64,000 nt of DNA, taken from assembly GCF_006345805.1 (NCBI RefSeq), contig NC_043006.1, forward strand, positions 14,818,001 through 14,882,000, written 5' to 3'. The notes beneath the pieces are model-generated. The model did no database searches, was not told the origin of the DNA, and saw only the letters and a program-made list of their open reading frames with translations. Shown here in pieces: positions 1-11,339 of this stretch. A program made the translations under genes and the position numbers. The first letter of the stretch is position 1; every line of letters starts with the position of its first letter. Source of the stretch: Octopus sinensis (taxonomy: Eukaryota).

Positions 1-429
1 TTAATCAACTCTGAAAAGATGAAAGGCAAAGTCGACCTTGGTGGATTTGAACTCAGAATGGACAAAATGCTGCCAAGCATTTTTCCTGGTATGGTAATGA
101 TTTTGCCAGCTTGCCACCTTAATAGAAATAGTAATATTAACATAATGGTAGAGGGGCTTCAAAAGGGGTCTCAAGGAGTAGCGTCCCTGCCTTCCTGAAC
201 TATTTTTCCACCACATTTCTTAAAAATTATGGTAGAGGCCTTGGTCTCAGGACCACTCATGTCTAGAAACTGAGTTTGGGGGTAAGCAAGGGCATACTCC
301 CTGTAGAAAATCCAGCTCCAAAAAAGCCTCAGGATAGCAAAGGGGAATGGGCACCAGCCAGCCCAAAGGTTGGGGCGGGTTGATGTAATCAACTTACCCA
401 CTCCTCCAAACTACTGACTTTGTGCCAAA

Positions 430-865
430 ATTTGAAATCAATATTTATTTCTTTATTGCCCACAGGGGGCTAAATACATAGAGGGGATAAACAAGGACAA
501 ACAATGGGATTAAGTCGATTACATCAATTCCAGTGCATAACTGGTACTTATTTAATCAACCCTGAAAGGATGAAAGGCAAAGTTGACCTTGGTGGATTTG
601 AACTCAGAATGTAACAGCAGACGAAATACCTATTTCTTTACTACCCACAAGGGGCTAAATACAGAGAGGACAAACAAGGGCAGATGAACGGATTAAGTCA
701 ATTATATCGACCCCAGTGCGTAACTGGTACTTAATTTATCGACCCTGAAAGGATGAAAGGCAAAGTCGACCTCGGCAGAATTTGAACTCAGAACGTAATG
801 GCAAACGAAATACCACTAAGCATTTCGCCTGGCGTGCTAATGATTTTGCCAGCTCGCCACCTTTT
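430..865 (-). mobile_element. tRNA-derived SINE (family A), head-to-tail multimer
   Basis: Repeated ~165-bp units containing gaaaggatgaaaggcaaagtcgacctcggc.gaatttgaactcagaa; a single head with A-box-like ggcgagctggca at the high-coordinate end. Confidence 0.85.
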
Positions 866-1257
866 GAAATCAATATTAACATAGAAGTAATGCTTATAAT
901 ATTTGCATAATGAACAAAAATCTTTCTAGTGGGAGAGAGAGAGAGAGAGAGGGAAAGAAGGAGAGATAGTGGGGGGGGGATGGAGGAAAACAACCTGTAG
1001 GCTCGGTCCTCCATAGTGTTACTACAGCACAATGCACCTTGTTTTATAAACATTAATAAAAATAGTGCCAACTGGAGGAGCTAAAGACAATTAAAGAAAC
1101 CCTATGTTTCTAACTTGCAGTCCATGGATCCCTTGCAGTCTGTAAAAGTAGCGATAGAAATCCATCAGCTAAGTTCAATATTGTGACGGGGTGGGGCACC
1201 AGTGTCAAATATATAATTATTCAGGATAATATTTATAAAAATAAAAATCAAATTCGA

Positions 1258-1785
1258 TGACTGGCGTCTGTGCTAGCAGGGTGCAAAGAGCACCATACGA
1301 GTGTGATCATTGATAGAGCGGCTAACCGGCTTCAGTGCCAGTGGAACTTTAAAGGCACCATTCGAGCGTGATTGTTATCAGCGTCGCTTTACTGGCACTC
1401 GAGCCCCGTGCTAGTAGGGTATTAAGAGCACCATCTGAGTGTGATTGTTGCCAAAGCGGCTATCTGGCCTCCGTGCCAGTGGCACGTAAAAAGCGTCATT
1501 CGAGCGTGATCGTTACAAACGTCGCCTTACTGGGACCTGTGCCGGTGGCATATGTAAAAGATTTGAGCGAGGTTGTTGCCAGTATCGCCAGACTGGCCCT
1601 CGTGCTGGTAGCATGTAAAAGCACCCACTACACTCTCGGAGTGGTTGGCGTTAGGAAGGGCATCCAACTGTAGAAACTCTACCAAATCAAAATTGAAACC
1701 TGGTGCAGCCTCTGGCTCACCAGTCCTCAGTCATTCGTCCAACCCATGCTAGCATGGAAAGCGGACGTTAAACGATGATGATGAA
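1258..1785 (+). mobile_element. RTE LINE 3'UTR remnant with internal minisatellite
   Basis: Repeated aaaaagcacc units, ggagtggttggcgttaggaagggcatcc motif and gacgttaaac(gat)n tail; the same UTR follows RTE ORF2 at 51390-52035. Confidence 0.75.
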
Positions 1786-2454
1786 TATTTATGAAAATAA
1801 AATTTTCAAAATTTAGAAGTAATTTCCTTCGGTGTTAGAACTAATCTGCTGCCTGATTTAACACTCCCAGCTGGTGCCTTGGGTACCTTTAACAAGGTCC
1901 ATTCTGATGCAAACGTTTAGGCTATGTCCCCAGTTTGAAGATACTTTCATCCCTCCCACTTTCCTACCAGTCTCAGGGCCCTGTAAAGAAGTCATAGGCA
2001 CTGCATTCCTAATGACTGATACAAAAAATAAAACGCTTTTATAATTTGCTGGAAGTGTCTAATATTTTAAATGCTTTTTGGAACCTGGTCCTGCCACCTT
2101 AAAACTGAAATTTGGAATGTAGTATCAAGGGAGCAGAATTATCCGTCTTATTAAATAAGAGTTTTTAATAGTGTTGTTAATTTAGTTGCGTAATACATAT
2201 ATCTTTCAAGTGTGATGACTCACTTGTGACTCGGCTTTCAACTGCTATATGCTACAGTGGTTTTAGGTCAGACGTGATGGGTTTTGAAAGAAATCTACTA
2301 AACGTAATAGATACGATATATTTGGTAATATTATTAGCAATTACATCATATCTATTACATGTCTGGAGAGGAAACATAGAATGAGTTACAAGAAACTTTT
2401 TTGTACTGTGAAAAGATGAATACATCAAAATTAAAATGCAAATGGAAATTGTAG

Positions 2455-2782
2455 TTAAGACAACCATGCTGGTGACACGTAAAAAGCACCGTCTGAACAT
2501 GGCAGATGCCAGCGCCGCCTGACTGGCGTCCGTGTCGGTAACATGTAAAAGCACCAACCGATCGTGGCCGTTTGTCAGCCTGCTCTGGCCCCTGTGCTGG
2601 TGGCACGTAAAAAACACCCACTACACTCACGGAGTGGTTGGCGTTAAGAAGGGCATCCAGCTGTAGAAACACTGCCAGATCAGACTGGGGCCTGGTGCAG
2701 CCTCCATGGCTTACCAGACCCCGGTCGAACCGTCCAACCCATATTAGCATGGAAAAAACGGATGTTAAATGATGATGATGAT
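2455..2782 (+). mobile_element. RTE LINE 3'UTR remnant
   Basis: Same motif set and (gat)n tail as 1258-1785. Confidence 0.75.
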
Positions 2783-3025
2783 AGGTAAATAAAAAAGGAG
2801 AGAAGATTGCAAACAAAATAAACAAAAGCAGAGAGAAAGAGAGAGAGAGAAAGAGAGAGAGAGAAAGGGAACGAGAGAGGGGCCGGGGCTGGAAACCTGA
2901 ATCAAAAAATGGTGCAGGGACAATTTTTTTAAGCAGCTACAGAATATCTACAAGCAGGTGAGTAATATTGATTTCAAATTTTGTCACAAGACCAGCAATT
3001 TTAGGGGAGGGGGATAAGTCAGACC

Positions 3026-3128
3026 ACAAATGGCCTGAACTCTTTGTATGAACACCCTCTCTGTACATAACTCCATGTCCCCCTACATGGCCTTGCTTTT
3101 TGGTTTTTGAGCCAAAAAATTAACTTAA
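3026..3128 (+). mobile_element. CR1-type LINE 3' tail
   Basis: Near-identical to 17577-17690, including the ccatgt-ccccct-acatgg hairpin. Confidence 0.75.
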
Positions 3129-3402
3129 CCCCTTACCCAACAATTATTTTGAAAATAAATGTATTTTTTCAGACATATTTTTTAATTGTGTTATTTTACT
3201 ATGTTTTGAATGGTGATTTCGAGGTATATTTCAAACCTTATTTATTATGAATTTTAATTTAATGATATTGATTTTAAATTACCGCTTTGGGCAGAAACGC
3301 TGTCGATTTTGGCGAGTCTATCTTTTGACGAGTTAACTCGCCAGAGATAGAAAAAAACGATTTCGGTCAAAACGCATATATTCGTTTCTGCCGGGTAAGG
3401 GG
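3129..3402. mobile_element. piggyBac-like MITE
   Basis: TTAA at 3125-3128 and 3403-3406; 10-bp TIR ccccttaccc/gggtaagggg. Confidence 0.75.
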
Positions 3403-4455
3403 TTAACTTAACTTATCAATCCCCCGTGTTCAACTGGTACTTATTTTATCAATCCCAAACGATGGAAAGTAAAGTTGACCCTGGTAGCATTTGGGGTAAC
3501 AAAGCAAGTGAATAATATTAGGCTTGGTTGAGAGGCAACAGGCTAATCTGTTGTCTAATCAAACATATATGCCTGGATTTTGGGTGCCATTAAAGAAGTC
3601 CACACTGCAACTAACTTTTGGTCCAGATTCCTCGTTTGAGGATAACACCCAGCTTTCTTCTTACTTGTCTTGGAGGCCCTGAGAAAGCTCCTTGGCATTG
3701 TTATTCCCTCTTCTGATTAGACAGATACAAATAGATATATCTAACTAGATACTTACTTCCATGTCAAAGCACAAAAACAGTAGAAGCAGGTGCCAAATAA
3801 GGAATCTGCTAGCAGTAGAATTTCAGAAAGATGAGGTGTTCCTTCTTGTAAGAAGATTAAGATTAAAGACTAAGAAGATTAAACCAAATGGCCCAGATTT
3901 AACGATCAAGGAATGAAATACAAGTCTTTGCACTCTGTTAGACATTTAGACCTATTCCAAATAAACATCACCCAGAAGCAAGTTGGAGAGCTATCAATAA
4001 TTAAGATGCTGGGAATTAAAGCAAGATTGCAATAATTCTTTATAATTTTGGCACAAGGCCAGCAATTTTGAAGGGAGAGGGTCAGTCAATTACATTGACC
4101 CCCGCCCAGTGCTTATTTTATGAACCCTAAAAGAATGAAAGGCAAAGTCAACCTCAACCACATTTGAATTCAGAATGAAAAGCAAGAAAAAAGTGCCACG
4201 AAGCATTTTGTCTGACTGGGTAATGATTCTACTGGCCTACATCCAAGTGGGTCAAAGTGGAACACCTAAGCCGTGGCAGCTGGAAGGAGAGAATTCACCC
4301 CACCAGTACTTGACTAGGACTCATTTTTAGCTGAGTAGATGGAAGTAACATGAAATACATTTGTTTGCTCAATAAGACAAAGTGCAACCCAATCCAAGAA
4401 TTGAACCCATGATATTATGATTGTGACTTTAACATTCTTAACTATTAAGCTAGGT

Positions 4456-5079
4456 GGATCTTTACTTTTTGACTGACAGATTTAAAAAATAATTTTTTGT
4501 AACTAAATACTTTCAGACTTCAGACACTGGTAGAATGTGTCATATAAAATACATTTTAGTCCTAGTGTTTTTGAGAAAAGCTTATATTTATGAAGTTATT
4601 TCACGTTAAAGTTCTCATATTTTGGTAATTTCAACCAATCAATGACATGTATTCAGCTAAATAAAATTACTGCTGTTGTTTGTCAGCAACAACTATCAGC
4701 GGTGTATATTTCGTTTGTCACTGTTATTTATGAAATCATTCGTGCATTTGTACTGGTTTTAGCTTTAAGGTTTTAGGGTTAAGGTTTTGGGGTTAGGGTT
4801 AGGGCTAAATAACAGTGACAAACGAAATATACACTGCCAGAAGTTGTTGTTGACAAACAACAGCAGTAATTTTATTCAGCTGAATACACGTCATTGATTG
4901 GTTGAAATTACCGAAATACTACAACTTTAACGTGAAATAACTTCCTAAATATAAGCTTTTCTCAAAAACACTAAGAGTAAAAGATGTTTCATATGACACA
5001 TTTTACCAGTGTCAAAGTTTGAAAGTGTTTAGTTACAAAAAATTATTTTTTAAATCTGTCGGTCAAAAGGCCAAGATCC
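4456..5079. mobile_element. Foldback DNA element (GGATC ends, TTAGGG core)
   Basis: Long imperfect inverted arms of ~270 bp; 8-bp TSD agctaggt/tgctaggt; ttagggttagggttaggg near 4790. Confidence 0.85.
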
Positions 5080-5584
5080 TGCTAGGTACTTGCTACAAGG
5101 TTAAAGTGTCTACAGCTGCTTGAAGCAGAATTGGTACTTGAAGCACTTAGTGAAAGCATGGTTCATGTTATCTTACGAAGTCATGTTGCTTTGCAAATGA
5201 CAGCTTTATGAAGACGAAGAAAAGAAAGCGATATTTAAAGCTGTATAAAACGGTGTAAATATAAAAAAGCGATATTTATGAATGATGAAAGGAAATTCTA
5301 GAAAGAAAATAAAGAAATAGTTCTGACATTTGGAGTAAAAACTGGAATGAGAAAGAGAAACATAACCAAAAACACCAGAATTTACGAATATAAATAACAT
5401 ACAGAAAATAACACTACCAGGCATCTTACACATTCTACGTAAAGAACTTTCGATACAATGGAAATAACAACACCAAAACAAACCACAGCACATACCCGAG
5501 GTAAATACAGCTGTGCTTGGTTGTGCAGTGAAAGCATGTGATAAAAACAAGACGACTAACTAATAATAATAATAATAATAATAA

Positions 5585-5746
5585 TTTCTTTACTAAACAT
5601 AGAGGGGACAAACAAGGACAGACAAATGGATTAGGTCGATTACATCGACCCCAGTGCGTAACTGGTACTTAATTTATCAAACCTGAAAGGATGAAAGGCA
5701 AAGTCGACCTCGGCGGAATTTGAACTCAGAACGTAAAGGCAGACGA
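5585..5746 (-). mobile_element. SINE family A (headless)
   Basis: Family A body and tail motifs. Confidence 0.85.
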
Positions 5747-5767
5747 AAGAGAGAGAGAGAGAGAGAG

Positions 5768-5880
5768 TATTTCTTTATTCACCATAAGGTTGAGAAAAAG
5801 TGGGGATGATACGAGGACACACAAAACAAACATTGGGGGTCAGGGTATCGAATGAGACGAAATGATTATAAAACAGCTTG
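5768..5880 (-). mobile_element. Probable L1/Tx1 LINE 3' tail
   Basis: Resembles 18190-18290 (ggggtcag..atgag.cga.atgattata); ends aataaagaaata on the minus strand. Confidence 0.45.
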
Positions 5881-5999
5881 CATATGGTTGCTGCCAACTA
5901 AATGTGAAAGTCAGAGAAAACAGATTGACAACTGTTTAAATAGGTTACATGGGTAACAAAATAATGAAATTAAATGATATTAGTCAAAGGAGGACATGC

Positions 6000-6350
6000 G
6001 TAGGCTTGAAAGAAAGAAAGTATGCTTCGTTGGATATGCAACGTCAGTGTGTATGTACAACAGTGTGTTTTGAAAGAAAGGTTGGGCATAAGAAGCATCG
6101 GGTGTGGTGGGCAAGGGACGACTGTGCTGGCATGGTCATGTGACGCATATGGACGAGGACAGCTGTGTAAGGAAGTGCCGATCTCTAACTGTGGAGGGAA
6201 CCTGTGGGAGAGGTAGATCTAAGACATGGCACAGGGTAGTGAAGCATGATCTTTGAATATTGGGCCCCATGGAGGCAATGACTAGTGACCAAGGCCTTTG
6301 GCGATATGCTGTGCTTGAGAGGACCCATCAAGCTAAATGCAATCACAGTC
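6000..6350 (+). pseudogene. RTE LINE ORF2 C-terminal fragment
   Basis: MLRWICNV...LKERLGIRSI...W.GH.., EAMTSDQGLWRYAVLERT spread across several frames. Confidence 0.8.
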
Positions 6351-6714
6351 ATGGCCGATGCCAGGTGTCATGTAATTGGTGGCGCAGAAAAAGCACCTTT
6401 CGAGTGTTGGGCCTCACAGAAGCAATGGCATATAACCAAAAGTGGTTGGTGTTAGAAAGTAGAAACCATACCAAATCAGACCAGAGTGTGTATGTATGTG
6501 TATACACATACATATACAGTACATACACAAATATGCATACATACACAAAATATGCATAAAAAAAAAACTCGAGCGATTCAACCGAAAAAAATTGAAGAAA
6601 TAAAAATCTTTTACGGAAATTGCTGAACAAATATTTTCATTATATCTCCTCTTTTATCGAAAGATAGCCCCTTGATTGGTGCTTTATTTGGCTAGCTTTC
6701 AGAGAAAGTATAAA

Positions 6715-6955
6715 ATAAATGTGCCCCTGTAAAGCCTAGCCAGGCTCATGGGCCCAGTTTCCCGGTTTCTATGGCATATGTGTTCTCCAGCTGGACGGGA
6801 CGCCAGTCCATCGCAGCGTTACTCATTTTTGTCAGCTGAGTGGACTGGACCAACGTGAAATGAAGTGTTTTAATCAAGAACACAACGCGTCACCCGGTCC
6901 AGGAATCGAAACCACAATCTTACGACCATGATGCTGATACCCTAACCACACGCCT
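6715..6955 (-). mobile_element. tRNA-derived SINE (family C)
   Basis: Minus strand gives tggttagggt A-box and ggtttcgattcc B-box; a near-identical copy lies at 20065-20312. Confidence 0.75.
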
Positions 6956-7856
6956 CCCAGAGAAAGTATAAGAGAAGTGAAAGTTCGGCTATTTCCGTGG
7001 AATTTTTTTTTTTTTCTGTCATTTTTTTACAGTTGAATTGTTTATGTATGTGTATTTTTTGTGTTTGTATGTAGGTGTTTATGCGTGTATATGTATATGT
7101 ATACACATACACAAAAACTATATACAAACATAAGCGATTCAACTGAAAAAAATTAAAGAAATGAAAAATATTTTATGGATTGCCCTTTTATTTTATTGAC
7201 CCAGTAAAAACAAAAGACAAAGTTGACCTCTGGGTCTTAAACTGAGAGTGTAAAGAGGTGAAACAAATACCGAAAAACAGTTTTTCTGACACTCCAACGA
7301 TTCTGCCTGGTTGGTGTCTTCATAGGTAGTAATAATATTCTACCATAGGCACAAGTCCTGAAATTTTTCTGTGGTGGTAGTGGTGGCTAGTTGATTAAAT
7401 TGAATCTAGTACTCAACTGGTGCATATTTTGTTGATCGCAGAAGGAGGAAATGCAAAGGTAACCTTAGGCGGAATTTGAACTCAGAATGTAAAGAGCTGG
7501 GTGAAATGTTGCTAAGTAATTTTTCCGACGTGTTAACGACTCTGCCAGTTTGTCGCCTTATAACTAGTTATAAATATTGGTTTCAAATTTTGGCAAGAGA
7601 CCAACAGCGGTAATGCTGCGAGCGTGCTGATCGACTTTGGCAGGTTCTGTTGAGCCTTGTGGTGTGTGGCCAGTTGAAGCACTTGGTCTTGCATCGTTGA
7701 TTTTTTTCTTTCTTCCTTCCTTCCCCACAGTTTTCTTTTATGTAAATAAATGTTTATGTTAGTTTAAGAAGGTACTAAGAATTTGCCAGCAAAATCTTAT
7801 AAAACGACAATGTTCTAGAAGATATACATTTAGATAGAACTAAAAACTAATATTAA

Positions 7857-8085
7857 GGCGGCGAGCTGGCAGAAACGTTAGCATGTCGGACGAAATGCTT
7901 AGCCTTATTTACGTTCTGAGTTCAAATTCCGCTGAGGTCGACTTTGCCTTTCATCCTTTCGGGGTCGATAAATAAAGTACCAGTTACGCACTGGGGTCGA
8001 TGTAATCAACTTAATCCCTTTGTCTGTCCTTGTTTGTCCCCTCTGTGTTTAGCCCCTTGTGAGCAATAAACAATTAAGAAATAAA
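7857..8085 (+). mobile_element. SINE family A, full length
   Basis: ggcggcgagctggcagaaacgttagc head, gagttcaaattcc B-box, gccccttgtg..aataaa tail. Confidence 0.9.
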
Positions 8086-9449
8086 CACCAATATTAAGTA
8101 CAAAATTGGGGACATTCATTTGAGGCCTGTCGTTGACGCAATTTATATTCTCATTTGCAACGACAATACAAATACTTATGGTTAAAGCATGAACATAACC
8201 ATATTCTATTAATTATTTCTCATTGAAACTTATATAACATAAGAAATTTGTTCTCAGCTTTATTTAAAGCCGGTAGAACTGGGCAAGTTGTAGTTGAGTG
8301 TCTTTGCTATAGAAAGACTCAGCTGAATATAGAACGAATCTTTGCCTCTTCGGGTGTTTTTGGTGACGGCACTATTTTGATTTAATTCAAAGCAGTACAA
8401 TTATTTCATTCAAATCTCTAACCTCTGCACGACAGACTGTTTGGGCATAAGTATCAAATGATACTGACATTCATTTAAAAGACAACAGATATTTTCAATT
8501 GAATTTAAACTACAGCAATTAAAATAAGCAATTAGCAAGGTTCTACTTACCGTTACTGATACTCTGAGACGTTTGGTGTAATTTGTGTATAGATTGTTCT
8601 AGATTTTTATAATCAAATTATGTTTTAGTTTAAAAGCAGGTTAAATGCTCGGTAAATTTTTACCAAGTTCTCTTGGCGACCTTGAGACGATGTTATAAAT
8701 TTGTAACGTAGTCACAAAAAAAAAAGGCGTGTTGAAATATCTAAAATAACTTTCAGCTGACTGTTTTATTTTCTCTCTTGGTGTTCGGTTATAAATGAAA
8801 TATACTTGATCACATGAATTTGATTGGAGGAGAAAAAATATATAGAGAAGAACTTTTCATGATATTACGATTTACCCCGAGATATAATTTGTCAGAATAA
8901 ATCACAAGAAAATCAAATAGGAGGGGAGAAAAAAAAGCAACAAACTTCCCCACTTAGGCAAAAATAACTTGCCAAACAAATAAAGTTTAAAGTGGTGGAT
9001 GGGGGAGAGGTAAATAAATGTGTGGTTTTTGTATTTTCCAGAATATCAAGTTGAACCAGAATATTAAATCAAGGTCATGCGTCAGTGACAATAGAAGCTT
9101 ACAAATATTGTTGTTTGTGATCAGTTACAGAAGTGGGAATCAAACGATGTTTATATACTTTTAAAGCTAACAGCAGGAGCAGCAGCGGTTTCGAGATAGT
9201 GTCCCCTATTTTCGTTATTGCAAAAATGGAAAAATACTCCCTTTTCCATTCTTTTTAATTCATGCATATTCAAAACAGTGTATATAAGTGAATTAACTCA
9301 TTTATCTGTAAGATTTATTCATTAGATATACTTTTATCTAGAATCTAATTTTATCTTTCAATTCAAAATATATATATATATATATTTTTTTTTCTGTAAT
9401 TTTCCATGTTAACCTTGAACTAAAAGTTGGAAACCCATTTTCAGAAACG

Positions 9450-9452
<3 letters not shown>

Positions 9453-9486
<34 letters not shown>

Positions 9487-9490
9487 CACA

Positions 9491-9547
<57 letters not shown>

Positions 9548-9550
9548 ACA

Positions 9551-9583
<33 letters not shown>

Positions 9584-9761
9584 CACACACACACACACAC
9601 AAACCCTTCCCATAAACAAAAGTACTTTTTTAAAAGGCTTTACAATTTTACATTTCAGCAATCATATGTATGTGTGTGTATGTACATATTATGTGTGTGT
9701 ATATGTTTGTTAGTGTGTGCATTTATGTATGTATGTATGTATGTATGTATGTATGTATGTA

Positions 9762-9792
<31 letters not shown>

Positions 9793-10156
9793 GTGTGTGT
9801 GTATGTATGTGTGTGTGTATGTATGTATGTATGTGTGTGTGTATGTATGTATGTATGTATGTATGTGTGTGTATGTATGTATGTATGTGTGTGTGTGTAT
9901 GTATGTAGTGTGTGTGTTTATGTATGTATGTATGTATGTGTGTATGTATGTATGTATGTTGTATGTGTGTATGTATGTATGTATGTATGTATGTGTGTGT
10001 GTATGTATGTGTATGTATGTAGTATGTTGTATGTATGTGTGTGTGTATGTATGTATGTATGTGTGTGTATGTAGTATGTGTGTGTGTGTGTATGTATGTA
10101 TGTGTGTGTGTATGTATGTAGTGTATGTTGTATGTATGTGTGTATGTATGTATGTA

Positions 10157-10217
<61 letters not shown>

Positions 10218-10655
10218 ATGTATGTATGTGTGTATGTATGTAAGTTGTATGTATGTATGTGTGTGTGTTGTATGTATGTATGTATGTGTGTTGTATGTGT
10301 ATGTGTGTGTGTAGTATGTATGTGTGTGTGTAGGTATGTATGATGTATGTTGTATGTATGTGTGGTGTGTATGTATGTATGTGTGTGTGTGTGTTGTATG
10401 TATGTATGTATGTATGTTGTATGTAGTATGTCTGTATGTGTGTGTGTGTATGTATGTATGCATGTATGTATGCATGTATGTATAATGTGTATGTAGTATG
10501 CATGTATGTATGAATGTGTATGTATGTATTATGAATGTGTATGTATGTATGTATGTATCTATGTATGTATGTATGCATGTATGTGTATGAATGTATGTAT
10601 GTATGTATGTATGAATGTATGTATGCATGTATGTGTATGTATGTATGTATGTTTG
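9453..10655. repeat. Compound microsatellite: (CA)n then ~1 kb of (TATG)n/(TG)n
   Basis: Directly visible; produces the H/T/Y/I and V/C/M low-complexity ORFs. Confidence 0.97.
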
Positions 10656-11339
10656 ACAGTGTGCGTGTGTGTGTGCTGAATTGATAAAGTTAATTAATTC
10701 AGAGATAGTGGTTAAGTTATCACGTGACGATCTGACTCTGCTGGCCAGGTACAGAACCCAGAACAACGTCATGGAATTTACAACCATTTTTTCAGTATCT
10801 TCGTCCTTAGGTCAATGTCATGACTTCCCGCGCATCATTGATTATGATTACTATCTAAGTATAGAAACCCTATTTCTGTAGGCTTATATGTAATTATGCA
10901 AAAGCATGGTCATAGCATGCTAGCCTTCTTGTTAGAATTTATTAACCTTTGAAAATAAGGAATGATTTGTTCATGTGCCTTCTTGTAAAAAAGCTTGTTT
11001 TAAATAGGTCTCCTTACTATAGCTGTACATAACTACCATAGTGATTGCACAAATCATTGTTGTTGATGGCAGAAATGTTGTTTGATTTATAAATGTTTTC
11101 ATTTGTTTGCAGTGTCAAAGCGTTAAAACATTGATCCTCCCAGTGACTTTGGAGAAGGTATCCGCAAAACAATCCCTCTGTGTATTTTCTCCTGAAATTG
11201 TTTCCAAGAAATTCCAATTATCTAATAACGTGCCTTTAATTACTGACTAAATTACTTTCAGTTCAATTAAAAAAAAAATAGAAAAACTTAGTAAAGGTAT
11301 GAACATTTACAACACCGAATTTACTATTTACCAAAATAG

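Noticed and set aside
5206-5550. 114-aa hydrophobic minus-strand ORF resembling a membrane protein
   Set aside because: Hydrophobicity follows from T-richness; no motif recognised; the plus strand has only a lone donor at 5500.
8250-9250. Possible bidirectional promoter or first exons
   Set aside because: Splice-like signals on both strands, but the frames are interrupted by stops and there is no clear motif cluster.
9338-10787. Long HTY/VCM-rich ORFs (also 22.7, 38-40, 57.4 and 63 kb)
   Set aside because: Translations of microsatellites.
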